Below are positions 9,501-19,437 of a stretch of 64,000 nucleotides of DNA, one piece after another. Source of the DNA: an uncultured Gemmatimonadota bacterium (GTDB lineage: Bacteria; GCA-2686955); assembly GCA_964490075.1 (NCBI GenBank), contig CAZBBK010000020.1, forward strand, positions 1-64,000. The letters are read 5' to 3'. The number at the start of each line of letters is the position of its first letter. The stretch's first letter is position 1. The notes under the pieces are model-generated. The model saw only the letters and a program-made list of their open reading frames with translations. It did no database searches and was not told where the DNA came from. The position numbers and the translations under genes were made by a program.

Positions 9501-10109
9501 GTTCAGGCGCCGCAGGCCGATCATCACCGCGAAGGCCAGCACCGCCATGCCCAGGGTCGGCCAGTGGGTGTAGCCCAGCGCCGCCTCGATCACCCGGTAG
9601 ACCGTCTCGTAGTGGTGCGGCGCCTTGTCGACGGTGACCCCGAATATCTTCGAGAGCTGCGAGGTGGCGATGATGATCGCCGCCGCGTTGGTGAACCCGT
9701 TCACCACCGGATGGGAGAGGAAGTTGACCACCAGTCCGAGGCGCAGCACACCGAGCACGAGCTGCACCACGCCGACCATCAGCGCCAGCAGCACCGCGTA
9801 GGCGATGAAGGGCTCGCTGCCGGCGGTGGCCAGAGGTTCCAGGGCCGCGGCGGTCATCAGCGAGACCACCGCCACCGGCCCGGTGGCGAGCTGGCGGCTG
9901 GAGCCGAAGAGGCTGGCCACCATCGGCGGCAGGAAGGCGGCGTAGAGGCCGTAGTAGGCCGGCAGCCCGGCGAGCTGCGCGTAGGCCATCGACTGCGGCA
10001 CCAGCACCAGGGCCACGGTCAAACCGGAGACGAAGTCGGCCCGCAGCGCGGACCGGTCGTAGTCGTCGAACCAGGTCAGAAAAGGGAAGATGCGTTTGAC
10101 GATCTCCAT
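6522..10109 (-). CDS. SulP/SLC26 anion transporter with an extracytoplasmic insertion and four tandem STAS domains
   Basis: ADFVSGLTVALVLVPQSMAYAQLAG, GSSRQLATGPVA, NQELIGQGLAN, GSFSRSAVN; four 151-aa C-terminal repeats. Confidence 0.95.
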   Translation of the reverse strand: MEIVKRIFPFLTWFDDYDRSALRADFVSGLTVALVLVPQSMAYAQLAGLPAYYGLYAAFLPPMVASLFGSSRQLATGPVAVVSLMTAAALEPLATAGSEPFIAYAVLLALMVGVVQLVLGVLRLGLVVNFLSHPVVNGFTNAAAIIIATSQLSKIFGVTVDKAPHHYETVYRVIEAALGYTHWPTLGMAVLAFAVMIGLRRLNPRLPAVLAAVVITTALSWLTGFQQDRTVALARIDVPELAPLVAELNETLETRELLERHRAEGQRGWAELARREKALCLRCHEQRDVSLFARGEERPQRRRRVSGEALIVHQRSGLIDAQIADLKRSAAELRAELRELLLVSRDGPEGEPRFALRDSSAPDAAPGSAGPTWRIKVGNTPLLPDALPLTGGGAVVATIPRGIPALSWPEIDFGVLSHLVGAALIISLLGFMEAISIAKAMAARTRQKLDANQELIGQGLANIVGCMGQSYAVSGSFSRSAVNLQAGARTGLSNVFSSAVVLVVLLFLAPGLYHLPQAVLASIIMMAVLGLLNVRGFVHAWRTNHLDGVVSVLTFGGTLAFAPHLEQGILIGVSLSLVAYLYRSMRPQVVELAPHADGAMRDAKRHGLRCCDHIAVVRFEGALYFASASYLETEILDRVAELPELRQVLIASNGISEIDASGEEMLRHVVDNLREAGFEVSFSGMPEGIVDVLKRSRLFQRIGAERFFDTRAEAIAALYADAHAGSTEERCPYLQLMPPIEELSLHSDGSLRSARRHHLPVCRHIAAFRFDAPLTFANTAYLEKEVLTLLGDRPALRHVVFVAHGVPEIDAAGAEELGALVERLRKDGLAVSFSGIKEPVREGLEQAGVDQIIGPESIYPTQIMAIAGIYARAHTGSSEQRCPLHKLAPHLTELSVHHTGTLREARQHHLKLCQHTAVLRFDGPLVLHSGAAIQSEFIRWAKTRPSVLNVVFLAQTLPELGETESSHLLSLVEAVREAGYRVVLANFSDQVFEDLGRRGVADAIGPDDIYPLDVLAIAAIHTEAHQRDPEGECPFELILPRLTQLSMHSDGSLRDASRHGLALCRRIVAVRMEGPLNFATIGIFEEKLKAALEGRPEARHVLLAGHTLQGLDPIAAEETPRLFARLIRAGCSVSVSGLHDKVVDMLKIIGRPEDYQGVDTYPTQAAALEAIGPAAHQGSDERVCPLTAAVRIDSG

Positions 10110-10204
10110 GCTGTGCGAGACCTCTCCCAGGGATCGAAAGTGGCCGAGCCGCGCCCCCGGGACGGTTCCATATCGCGGGGGATTCGGCAAGGGTTCGATG
10201 TTCC

Positions 10205-10409
10205 GCCTGCGGTTTCGATATGGCGCTTCTCGGTCGACGCACTTCGCGAAGAACCGCGGGCCCAACGGGAGTTCGCGGGTCTTCGGGGCTCTAAGCGCGG
10301 CTCGGGGGGGCGGTCTCGACGGCGCTTCTTCGCGTGCCCATGCCCATGCCCTTGTCCCTGCCCGACTCCGTTGCCCGAATCGGGCAACGGAGTCGGGCAG
10401 GGACAAGGG
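10205..10409 (-). repeat. Intergenic repeat family A, copy 2, containing a perfect 61-bp palindrome
   Basis: 10349-10378 and 10380-10409 are exact 30-bp inverted repeats; the body is homologous to 28-196. Confidence 0.9.
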
Positions 10410-10482
10410 TAGCGGCGTAGTCCGGTCTCTTCGCGGCCGCGCGCGACGGATGAACTGAGTCAGGCGCTGATTCCGGCTCTCG

Positions 10483-10565
10483 TGCGGTCGTTCGTGGCGG
10501 CTGAGCCGGGTCAGCAGGGGGCGTTGGTCGAGCTGCGGTCGTCCGCGGGGGCTGAGCCGGGTCAG
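10483..10565. repeat. Two imperfect 32-bp direct repeats with 51-bp period
   Basis: TGCGGTCGT(T/C)CG(T/C)GG(C/G)GGCTGAGCCGGGTCAG at 10483-10514 and 10534-10565. Confidence 0.75.
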
Positions 10566-10636
10566 TGGGAGGTGGTGGTTCTGGTGTCTTGATGTGGCGC
10601 TTCCCCCACGCGAAGGCGCCCGGATCGCCTCCCAAC

Positions 10637-10691
10637 CTGCCCCTGCCCGACTCCTTTGCCCGGATCGGGCACGGGCATGGGCAGGGGCAGG
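10637..10691 (-). repeat. Intergenic repeat family A, copy 3 (palindromic head only)
   Basis: Reverse complement CCTGCCCCTGCCCATGCCCGTGCCCGATCCGGGCAAAGGAGTCGGGCAGGGGCAGG closely matches 11-63. Confidence 0.8.
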
Positions 10692-10873
10692 TTCTGTCCC
10701 ATACCGGCCGCTCCCCGCGTAGAGGCTCGCTACGTCGAAACCTCAGGTTCCGACGAGACACGCGATTGCGTGGGATCGCCCTCTGACCTCAGGATCGTAG
10801 CAGGAGCATCTCTGTTGACCTGAGAGCTTCGTCCGGGCGCTCCACTCCCATTTCGCCTGGCAGACTCGGACAG

Positions 10874-11197
10874 ATGCAGCCCGCCATCGAGATGCAGATC
10901 GACGCCATGACGCGACGGATCGTCGAGCAATTCGATCCGCATCGCATCATTCTCTTCGGCTCACACGCGCGAGGCACGGCGGGTCCCTACAGCGACACGG
11001 ACCTTCTGGTCGTCCTTCCCATACCGGACACCCGACGATCCATGAGGCTCAAGATCAGGCTCGCGCTGCGCGGTTTCCGCGTGGCGAAGGACGTGATCGT
11101 GACGACACCGGAGGACTGCGAATGGTGCAAGGACGTGGTCGGTACCTTGGAGTGGCCGGCATCGCGAGAGGAAAGAGTGCTGCATGTCCGCGGGTGA
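10874..11197 (+). CDS. Minimal nucleotidyltransferase (MNT) antitoxin
   Basis: IILFGSHARGTAGPYSDTDLLVV, the GS...DxD Pol-beta motif; ~100 aa. Confidence 0.88.
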   Translation: MQPAIEMQIDAMTRRIVEQFDPHRIILFGSHARGTAGPYSDTDLLVVLPIPDTRRSMRLKIRLALRGFRVAKDVIVTTPEDCEWCKDVVGTLEWPASREERVLHVRG

Positions 11198-11369
11198 TCG
11201 ACCCGCGCTCACTGCCGAGGAACAGGAGCTGCTGACGGACTACGCGACCGTGATCCGCTACCCCGGCGACTACCAGTCTGTATCGCGGAGCGATGCAGAG
11301 GAAGCGGTTCGCATTGCCGAGCGGGTTGCGAACCATGTGTCGGCGCTCCCGTCGGTGGAAGCCGAGTAG
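11184..11369 (+). pseudogene. Truncated HEPN-domain toxin (C-terminal half only)
   Basis: LTDYATVIRYPGD...DAEEAVRIAERV is a HEPN C-terminus; only 61 aa; overlaps the MNT stop. Confidence 0.7.
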
Positions 11370-11467
11370 GTCGGATCGGCTGGGGCGTCTCCGGCGCACC
11401 ACGGGGGCGTCAGTCCACGGGAATTGGAAAATTCGGCTACACTTGGAACAAAAGCAGCATAAGAACA

Positions 11468-11791
11468 GTGTCTACGAAAACGGGGGAACATCCCTCGACG
11501 CTGGTCTCGGCCCTGTACTGCGCCTTCCACGAGATAGAGGGCGACGACGGCGAGATCTTCATCGACCGCCGGCCTGGCAACACCGGCTCGTGGGGGACGG
11601 ACCAGTCGATCGACGACGACGCCAGGAGTCCCGGCATCGATGTGCACCGCCACGGATCGGTGGGACCGACCGAGCATATCTTCGTCAGCTACTCCTGCGA
11701 ATCCGCCGGCTCCGAGGCGATCCACGCCGCCTGCTATCGGTACAGGGACTGGCTGGGTAGGCCGCGGGCTCTCAGACCTCGCTCACACTGA
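11468..11791 (+). CDS. Hypothetical protein or gene fragment
   Basis: 107-aa ORF with plausible composition; no motif recognised. Confidence 0.3.
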   Translation: MSTKTGEHPSTLVSALYCAFHEIEGDDGEIFIDRRPGNTGSWGTDQSIDDDARSPGIDVHRHGSVGPTEHIFVSYSCESAGSEAIHAACYRYRDWLGRPRALRPRSH

Positions 11792-12143
11792 AGTCCTCGT
11801 CGACCCACAATCCGATGATCTCGATCCCCGGGAGCTGCCCGCGCAGCGCCGCCAGGCCTTCTTGGAGCTGCTCCCTCTGCTGCACCTCGGTCACCGGATT
11901 GCCGGCGCAGTCGGCGTGGGCGACCAGCGCCAGGGCCCGCGAGCCGTGGGCCTGCAGCGAGACGTCGACGCGCCGCAGAATCGACCGGGCGCGCTCCGAA
12001 TCCAACCCCTGAGCCAGCACACCCACCGGTCCGGCCTCGGTGATCGAGTCGACATATGGCACATCGAAACGCTTCCGCAGATAGGTCAGGACTGGGATCT
12101 GTGCTCTGCCGTCCATGCAGTTGACGACTGTGCCGAAGGACAT
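11772..12143 (-). CDS. Putative beta-type carbonic anhydrase-like protein
   Basis: Zn-ligand pattern NCMDGR...AHADCAGN (CxDxR and HxxC). Confidence 0.8.
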   Translation of the reverse strand: MSFGTVVNCMDGRAQIPVLTYLRKRFDVPYVDSITEAGPVGVLAQGLDSERARSILRRVDVSLQAHGSRALALVAHADCAGNPVTEVQQREQLQEGLAALRGQLPGIEIIGLWVDEDFSVSEV

Positions 12144-12260
12144 GGTTCGACCTCGCTTCTGGTTCGGGACCGCCTCGGCACAGGTTATCCTCAGGACTCG
12201 GTCACGAATAGGGCGGCGGATCGCGCGGGGTGCCAGCGCAGCGCAGCCCCAGGAGAGTCG

Positions 12261-13505
12261 ATGAGCCCGCCGATCCGCCTGGTCTCTTTCACCCAGCGGC
12301 TGCAGATGGGCGGCGCGGAGTGTCGTCTGCTCAGCTTCGCCCGCGCCATCGATCGCGACCGCTACCGGCACGTGATCGTCACGCCCTGGGTGCCGACGGC
12401 GGCCGAGGAGGGCTGGTTCGGTCCGCTGCGGGGGCACTTCGCCGAGGCCGGGGTGCGGGTGGAGAACCTGGGGCTGCGCTGGGACGATCGTCCCTTCCGC
12501 GCCGACCCGGTCGAGCTGGCGCGCAAGGCCGCTCATGTGGCCGGCATCGTGGCGCGCCTGGCGCGCTTCCTGCGGCGCGAGCGGGCCCAGGTGCTCGACC
12601 TGCACGTGGAGCGCGGCATCGCCTACGGCGCGGTCGCCGGGGCGCTGGCCCGGGTGCCGGCGGTGGTGGCGACGGAATACCACCTGGGCATGTGGGCTTC
12701 GCCGCGCTGGCGCCACGTTGGGCGGCCGATCGTGCGCCACCTGGTCGACGCGCTGGTGGCCGACTGCCGCCTGCGGCGCGACCAGATGGCGCTCTACTTC
12801 GGGCTGCGGCCGGGTCAGGCGCGCTGCATCCCCAACGGAGTCGATCCGCCGGCGACCGATCTCGAGCGCGACGCCGCCCGCGCCCGGCTGGGGCTGCCGG
12901 CCGATCCGCGGGTGCGGGTGGTGGGGCAAATCTCCGGGGTGGTCGAGTACAAGGGCCACGACATTCTGCTGCGCGCCGCGCCCCGTGTGCTGGCCCGCTG
13001 CCCCGGCGTCCACTTCCTGTGCTGCGGCTACCCGCGTGACCGCGCCTACCGCGAGCACCTCGACTCCTTGGTCGACGGCCTGGGCCTGAGCGAGCGGGTC
13101 CATTTTGTCAGCCATCCCGGCCCGATCGGAGACGTCTGGGCCGCCATCGACGTGCACGCCCATCCCAGCCGCTTCGACTCGGCGCCCCTGACCATCACCG
13201 AGGGGATGGCGCTCGGCAAACCGGCGGTGGTGACCGCGGTCGGCGGCGTGGCCGAGCTGGTGGAGGAGGGCGAATCGGCGCTGATGGTGCCGCCCGACGA
13301 TCCGCCCGCTTTCGCCGCCGCGCTGATCCGCGTGCTGGGCGACGACGAGCTGGCGCGCCGTCTCGGCGAGGGAGCGCGGGCGCGCCACGCCCGGATCCAC
13401 CGCCCGGCGATCATGGCGGCGGCGCTCGATCAGCTCTTCGAGGAGCTGCTGGCCGGTCCCCTGGCCCTGCAGGGCCGCGCGCGGATGGGGGAGAGGGCGG
13501 CATGA
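12261..13505 (+). CDS. Glycosyltransferase, GT4/GT-B
   Basis: MGGAE N-terminal motif; KGHDILL; PSRFDSAPLTITEGMALGKPAV; AGGAG RBS. Confidence 0.9.
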   Translation: MSPPIRLVSFTQRLQMGGAECRLLSFARAIDRDRYRHVIVTPWVPTAAEEGWFGPLRGHFAEAGVRVENLGLRWDDRPFRADPVELARKAAHVAGIVARLARFLRRERAQVLDLHVERGIAYGAVAGALARVPAVVATEYHLGMWASPRWRHVGRPIVRHLVDALVADCRLRRDQMALYFGLRPGQARCIPNGVDPPATDLERDAARARLGLPADPRVRVVGQISGVVEYKGHDILLRAAPRVLARCPGVHFLCCGYPRDRAYREHLDSLVDGLGLSERVHFVSHPGPIGDVWAAIDVHAHPSRFDSAPLTITEGMALGKPAVVTAVGGVAELVEEGESALMVPPDDPPAFAAALIRVLGDDELARRLGEGARARHARIHRPAIMAAALDQLFEELLAGPLALQGRARMGERAA

Positions 13506-14539
13506 ACGACGCCGTGGTGGTCACCGGCGCGCAGGGATACCTGGGGCGCCACTTCGTCGCCGAGTGGCTGGCCTGCGAGCCGCGCTCCCGAGTGATCGGC
13601 CTGGGGCGTTCCGAGCGCTGCGACCGCACCTTCTCCTACCGGCTTCCCTGGGGCGAGCGCGAGCTGCCGGCGCCGCTTCCGGATCTGCTTGCGGAGGCGG
13701 CGCGTGACCCGCGCTACGACTACCGGCCGCTCGATCTCCTCGACACCGAAGGGCTCGAGCGGCTGTTGCGCGAGGCTCGCCCGCGGGCGGTCGTGCACCT
13801 GGCGGCCGGCGTGGCGCATCATCCGCCGCTGGTCCTGGCCCGCACCAACGTGGTCGGCACGGTGTCGCTGTTGGAGGCGCTGCGAGGCGCCGAGATCGAG
13901 GCGCCGCGCCTGGTGCTCGGGTCGACCGGCGCGGTCAGCGGTCGGCCGCCGCGTCTGCCGATCGCCGAGTCGGATCGGCCCCGTCCCGCCGATCCCTACG
14001 GCGCAACCAAGCTGGCCGCGGAGAGCATCGGCGGCGTGCTCGCCGAGCGCCTGGGGATCGACGCGGTCCAGGCCCGGATCTTCAATCCCGTCGGCGCGGC
14101 CCAGCCCGCCAACTACTTCTTCTCGCACCTGGTGCACCAGGTGGCGGCGATCGACGCCGGCGCAGGTGAGCCGCAGCTGCGTTTCGGCTCGCTCGACGCC
14201 ACGCGCGACTTCATCGACGCGCGCGACGTGGCGCGGGCGCTGGTGCTGCTGGTCGAGAGCGAGCAGGTCGCGGGCACCTACAACCTGGGGGGTGGGGTCG
14301 AGTGGGCGCTGCGGAAAGCGATCGAGCTGGCCCTGGAAGTCGCCGCGCTCGACTGCGAGGTGGTGATCGAAGCGGGGCGCGGCCGCTCCTCGGGAATCCA
14401 GCGACACTTCGCCGATGTGTCGCGGCTGCGCGCGCTCGGCTTCCGGCCGCGCTTCGAGCTGCGCGATACGATCGCCGACGCGCTGGATTATCAGCGGCGG
14501 CTGCTCGCCCCGGCCGCCGCGCGGAAAGGGGATCGATGA
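13502..14539 (+). CDS. NAD-dependent epimerase/reductase (extended SDR, Rmd-like)
   Basis: VTGAQGYLG; YGATK; RDFIDARDVA. Confidence 0.9.
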   Translation: MNDAVVVTGAQGYLGRHFVAEWLACEPRSRVIGLGRSERCDRTFSYRLPWGERELPAPLPDLLAEAARDPRYDYRPLDLLDTEGLERLLREARPRAVVHLAAGVAHHPPLVLARTNVVGTVSLLEALRGAEIEAPRLVLGSTGAVSGRPPRLPIAESDRPRPADPYGATKLAAESIGGVLAERLGIDAVQARIFNPVGAAQPANYFFSHLVHQVAAIDAGAGEPQLRFGSLDATRDFIDARDVARALVLLVESEQVAGTYNLGGGVEWALRKAIELALEVAALDCEVVIEAGRGRSSGIQRHFADVSRLRALGFRPRFELRDTIADALDYQRRLLAPAAARKGDR

Positions 14540-15528
14540 GGGGCGCATCGACGCTGGCGGGGGAAAGGGTCGCGGTGACCGGCGCCGGGGGTTTCATCGG
14601 CGGGCATCTCTGCGAACGGCTCGTCGCGGGCGGGGCCTGGGTCCGCGCCCTGGTCGAGAGCCCGGAGCAGGCGGGGCGGCCGCCCTTGGACCGCCTGGCG
14701 CGCGGCGAGAGGCTGTGCTGCGCGACCTGCGACGTCGTCGATCTCGCCAGCGTGGCCGAGGCTTTGGACGGCAGCCGGATCGTCTTCCACCTGGCGGGGT
14801 TGGCCGACGTCGAGGGCTCGTTCGAGCGGCCGGCCGACTACGTTCGGGTGCACGCGCTGGGCACCCTGAACGTGCTCGAGGCGGTGCGGGCGGCGCCGGG
14901 AGGACGCGCCGTGATCGCATCGTCGAGCCAGGTCTACGGCGCCCCCGCACGGCTGCCGATCGCCGAGGACAGCCCGCTGGAGGCCCGCTCCCCGTACGCC
15001 GCCACCAAGATCGCCGCGGAGCGCCTGGCCGAGTCGTACCGCCGCGGGCGCGGCACCGAGGTCGTGGTGCTGCGCCTCTTCGCCTCCTACGGCCCACGCC
15101 AGGCGACGCGCGCCGTGGTGCCCGAGATCATCGGCCAGCTGCTCGCCGGACCGCGGCTGCGTCTCGGCAACACCGAACCGACCCGCGATCTGCTCTACGT
15201 GAGCGACGTGGCGCGCGCCTTCGTCGCCGCCGCCCTGGCCGCCGGGATTCCCGAGGGACCGATCAATATCTGCTCGGGCCGGGAGGTCTCGATCGGGACG
15301 CTGGCGGAGATGGTGGCGCGGCTGATCGGCCGCGAGCCGGTCCTGGAGCGCGATCCGGCGCGCATCCGCCCCCCGGACCGGGAGATCGACCGCCAGGTGG
15401 GCGACCGGCTGCTGGCCCGGCGTGCGCTCGGCTGGGAGCCGCGGATCTCGCTCGAGGAGGGGTTGCGGCGCACCATCGAGGGGTACTCGGAGCAGGGCGC
15501 GGAGCGGCGCTCGCGGGGAGAGGTGTGA
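14536..15528 (+). CDS. NAD-dependent epimerase/dehydratase (extended SDR)
   Basis: VTGAGGFIG; SSSQVYG; YAATK; RDLLYVSD. Confidence 0.92.
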   Translation: MRGASTLAGERVAVTGAGGFIGGHLCERLVAGGAWVRALVESPEQAGRPPLDRLARGERLCCATCDVVDLASVAEALDGSRIVFHLAGLADVEGSFERPADYVRVHALGTLNVLEAVRAAPGGRAVIASSSQVYGAPARLPIAEDSPLEARSPYAATKIAAERLAESYRRGRGTEVVVLRLFASYGPRQATRAVVPEIIGQLLAGPRLRLGNTEPTRDLLYVSDVARAFVAAALAAGIPEGPINICSGREVSIGTLAEMVARLIGREPVLERDPARIRPPDREIDRQVGDRLLARRALGWEPRISLEEGLRRTIEGYSEQGAERRSRGEV

Positions 15529-16466
15529 GCCGGTCGGAGCTGCGTCTCGGCATCGACCTGGGCGGCACCACCATGAGTGTGGTGCTGCTGGAGGGCGACG
15601 ATCCGGTCCCGCGCGACCTGGCGGATGCTCCGACCGGCGACCACCGCGCGCCCGATGTGGTGCTGGACCGGGTGGCGAGCCTGGCGCGGGGGCTGCTGGC
15701 GGGGCGCGGCGTCGAAGCCAGCGAGCTGAGGGCGGCCGGGATCGGCGCTCCGGGAGAGGTGGAGCCCGAGACCGGCGTGTTTCGCTCCTCGCCGATCTTC
15801 CCGACCTGGCGCGAGGTGCCGGTCGCGGCCGCTCTGGAAGCCCGCCTGGGGCTGCCGGTCGCCCTCGACAACGACGCCAACGCGGCCGCCTGGGGAGAGG
15901 CCCGCCTGGGGGCGGGGCGGGGCCACGACCCTCTGCTGGTGCTGACCCTCGGCACCGGGATCGGCGGCGCCGTGGTCAGCGGTGGGCGGGTGCTGCGCGG
16001 CCATCTCGGCTCGGCCGGCGAGATCGGCCATCTGAGCATCGATCCGAGCGGGCCGCTGTGCTGGTGCGGGGGGCGCGGCTGTCTCGGTCTCCTGGCTTCG
16101 GCCTCCGCGCTGGCCGCCCGCTACCGGGCCGAGGCCGGCTTGCCGGAGGACGAGGACGTCGGCGGCCTGCGGGTGGCGCGCGCCCTGGAGTCCGGCGATC
16201 CGGCCGCGCGGCGGGCCCTGGATGCGCTGGCCGAAGCGCTGGCGCGCGGCATCGCCGACGCGATCTGCGTCCTCGCGCCACGACGCGTAGTGCTCACCGG
16301 GGGCATTTTGGCGCTGGGCGACGGCTTGCTGGAGCCGATTCGGCATCTGCTGGCGCGCCGTCCCTATCCGGCAGCGATCGCCGCCTGCGAGGTGGTGGCC
16401 GGCGCGCTCGGGGCCCGGGCCGGAGCGGTTGGTGCCGCGTTGCTCGACAAAGGAGAGCCTCGATGA
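15525..16466 (+). CDS. ROK-family sugar/cyclitol kinase
   Basis: GIDLGGT; DNDANAAAWGE; TLGTGIGG; GEIGH; CWCGGRGCL. Confidence 0.92.
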   Translation: MSRSELRLGIDLGGTTMSVVLLEGDDPVPRDLADAPTGDHRAPDVVLDRVASLARGLLAGRGVEASELRAAGIGAPGEVEPETGVFRSSPIFPTWREVPVAAALEARLGLPVALDNDANAAAWGEARLGAGRGHDPLLVLTLGTGIGGAVVSGGRVLRGHLGSAGEIGHLSIDPSGPLCWCGGRGCLGLLASASALAARYRAEAGLPEDEDVGGLRVARALESGDPAARRALDALAEALARGIADAICVLAPRRVVLTGGILALGDGLLEPIRHLLARRPYPAAIAACEVVAGALGARAGAVGAALLDKGEPR

Positions 16467-16810
16467 TACGGAAAAATGTGTTGTCTGCGGTGAAGGAGCT
16501 GCGCTGCGCCCACGAGGGCAGCGGCCGCATCCATTTTTGCCGGCCCTTCGATCGCGACGATTTCGAGACCGATATGGCCTTTGTCGACTACGTCGAGATG
16601 CCGCCTGGAACATCGGTCGGCGTCCATCGCCACGGTGAAGACGAAGAGATCTACTTCATCGTCGAGGGCCGCGGCACCATGACCACCAACGGCGAGCGCT
16701 ACTCCGTCGCCAGCGGCGATTTGATCGTCAATCTGCGCGGCTGGACGCACGGCCTGGAGAACGACTCGGACTCGGTGCTGCGGATGCTGGTGTGGGAGGT
16801 GGGGGGGTAG
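16463..16810 (+). CDS. Cupin-domain protein
   Basis: PPGTSVGVHRHGEDEEIYFIVEGRG...THGLEN; AAGGAG RBS. Confidence 0.88.
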   Translation: MIRKNVLSAVKELRCAHEGSGRIHFCRPFDRDDFETDMAFVDYVEMPPGTSVGVHRHGEDEEIYFIVEGRGTMTTNGERYSVASGDLIVNLRGWTHGLENDSDSVLRMLVWEVGG

Positions 16811-18090
16811 CACAGTCGCCACTCCCAGTTGCGGGGCCCGCCGGTCGCGCCGATGTCGCAGCGAGGGCCATCGGCGAAGCCAGCCGGCCAGCGCGGATGG
16901 GTGTCGTAGACCGCGTCGGTCAGGGCCGGGTCGCCGCTGTCGACACAGGGCGAGGTCGGTCCAAGCAGCCAGGGGATTGCGGACGCTGAGCGCAGCAGCG
17001 GATCGGCGTCGATGTTGCCCGTGCCCGGCCATCCTCCTTCGATATCGCTGAACACCGCCGACGGCTCGGCGCTTTCGGCGCTTATGGCGTTCGGCAGATT
17101 TCCCCAGACGATCGTGCTGTTGAGGCGGATCTGCTCGCTGGAATTGGTGATGTAGAAGGCGCCGCCCGTAGTTCCCGCTCGGTTGTCGGCGAAGGTGCAG
17201 TTGGTGAGCGGAAAGTTGAAGCAGAAGAACAGGTAGGCCCCGCCTCCTTTTCTTCCGGCCCGATTGCCGCTGACGACACAATTGGTCATCTCCGGGAAGC
17301 CGTCCATGTCGTACATCTGTCCGCCGCCGTCGCGCCCGGCGACATTGCACGCCAGCAGGCAGTGTGACATCGTGGGGCCGCTGTCGCTGATCAGCATGCC
17401 GCCGCCGTCGAGCTGGGCGGAATTGCCGATCACGCTGCAGCGTTCCAGAACCGGGTAGGTGACGAATCCACCGGCTGGACGCAGATAGACGCCGCCGCCG
17501 TGAATGGCGCGGTTGTCCTGGAAACGACAATCGCGAAGGGTCGCGTTGGTGTCACCGTAGAGGCCGCCGCCGTAGCGGTGCTGGTAAGCGCCGTCGGCGT
17601 TGCCGGCGGTGATCGTGAAGTCCTCGCACAGGGCGTCTTGGTCGGCGCCGGCGCCGCTCAGCACGTGGTAGGCGTTCTCTTCGGTGCCGCCGCCCGGCTG
17701 GTCGTCGGCGGCCAGATCGCCGCTCAGCACGCTCGGGTGGAGCAGCCGGGAGCGCGCATCCGGATCGATGGCACCGGCCCCGGCGTAGCAGCCGAGCAGC
17801 GCCACGCCGCTGCGCAGCTCGAAGGTGGCCTCGCGATCGCCCGTGCCGTCGGGATGGGCGGTGGAGCGATCTGGGCGGTAGGTGCCCGCCGCGACCCGCA
17901 CCTGGTCGCCGGGAGCGGCCGTGACGAGGCCGTCTTGCAGGAAGCGAAAGGCGTCGTCCCAGCTCGATCCGTCGTTGGCGCCGGTGGCATCGGGGTCGAC
18001 GTAGATGAATGCGGCGGCAGCGCGCGGAGCACCGATCGGGGCGATCAGGATGAGGAAGGCCGAGACGATCTGAATCGCTGGAGCACGCAT
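16699..18090 (-). CDS. Secreted right-handed beta-helix (parallel beta-helix/PMP-like) protein
   Basis: Signal peptide; IYVDPDATGANDGSSWDDAF; repeated N-x-A-x(2-3)-GGG; GNIDADP; DIGATGGP. Confidence 0.85.
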   Translation of the reverse strand: MRAPAIQIVSAFLILIAPIGAPRAAAAFIYVDPDATGANDGSSWDDAFRFLQDGLVTAAPGDQVRVAAGTYRPDRSTAHPDGTGDREATFELRSGVALLGCYAGAGAIDPDARSRLLHPSVLSGDLAADDQPGGGTEENAYHVLSGAGADQDALCEDFTITAGNADGAYQHRYGGGLYGDTNATLRDCRFQDNRAIHGGGVYLRPAGGFVTYPVLERCSVIGNSAQLDGGGMLISDSGPTMSHCLLACNVAGRDGGGQMYDMDGFPEMTNCVVSGNRAGRKGGGAYLFFCFNFPLTNCTFADNRAGTTGGAFYITNSSEQIRLNSTIVWGNLPNAISAESAEPSAVFSDIEGGWPGTGNIDADPLLRSASAIPWLLGPTSPCVDSGDPALTDAVYDTHPRWPAGFADGPRCDIGATGGPRNWEWRLCYPPTSHTSIRSTESESFSRPCVQPRRLTIKSPLATE

Positions 18091-18228
18091 GGGGACCTCT
18101 GTGTCGGTGCCGACCTTGCGGGAATCATGACATCGCCGCCAGCGGCTGGTGGACAATTCGACGACCGCGAGCCAAGATCGTCCCATGCGAGAGACCCTTC
18201 CCTGCTCGTGGTGCTCTTCGGGAGTGTC

Positions 18229-19437
<1,209 letters not shown>

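Noticed and set aside
10483-10565. 32-bp direct repeats as a CRISPR array
   Set aside because: Only two imperfect copies, a 19-bp spacer and no cas genes
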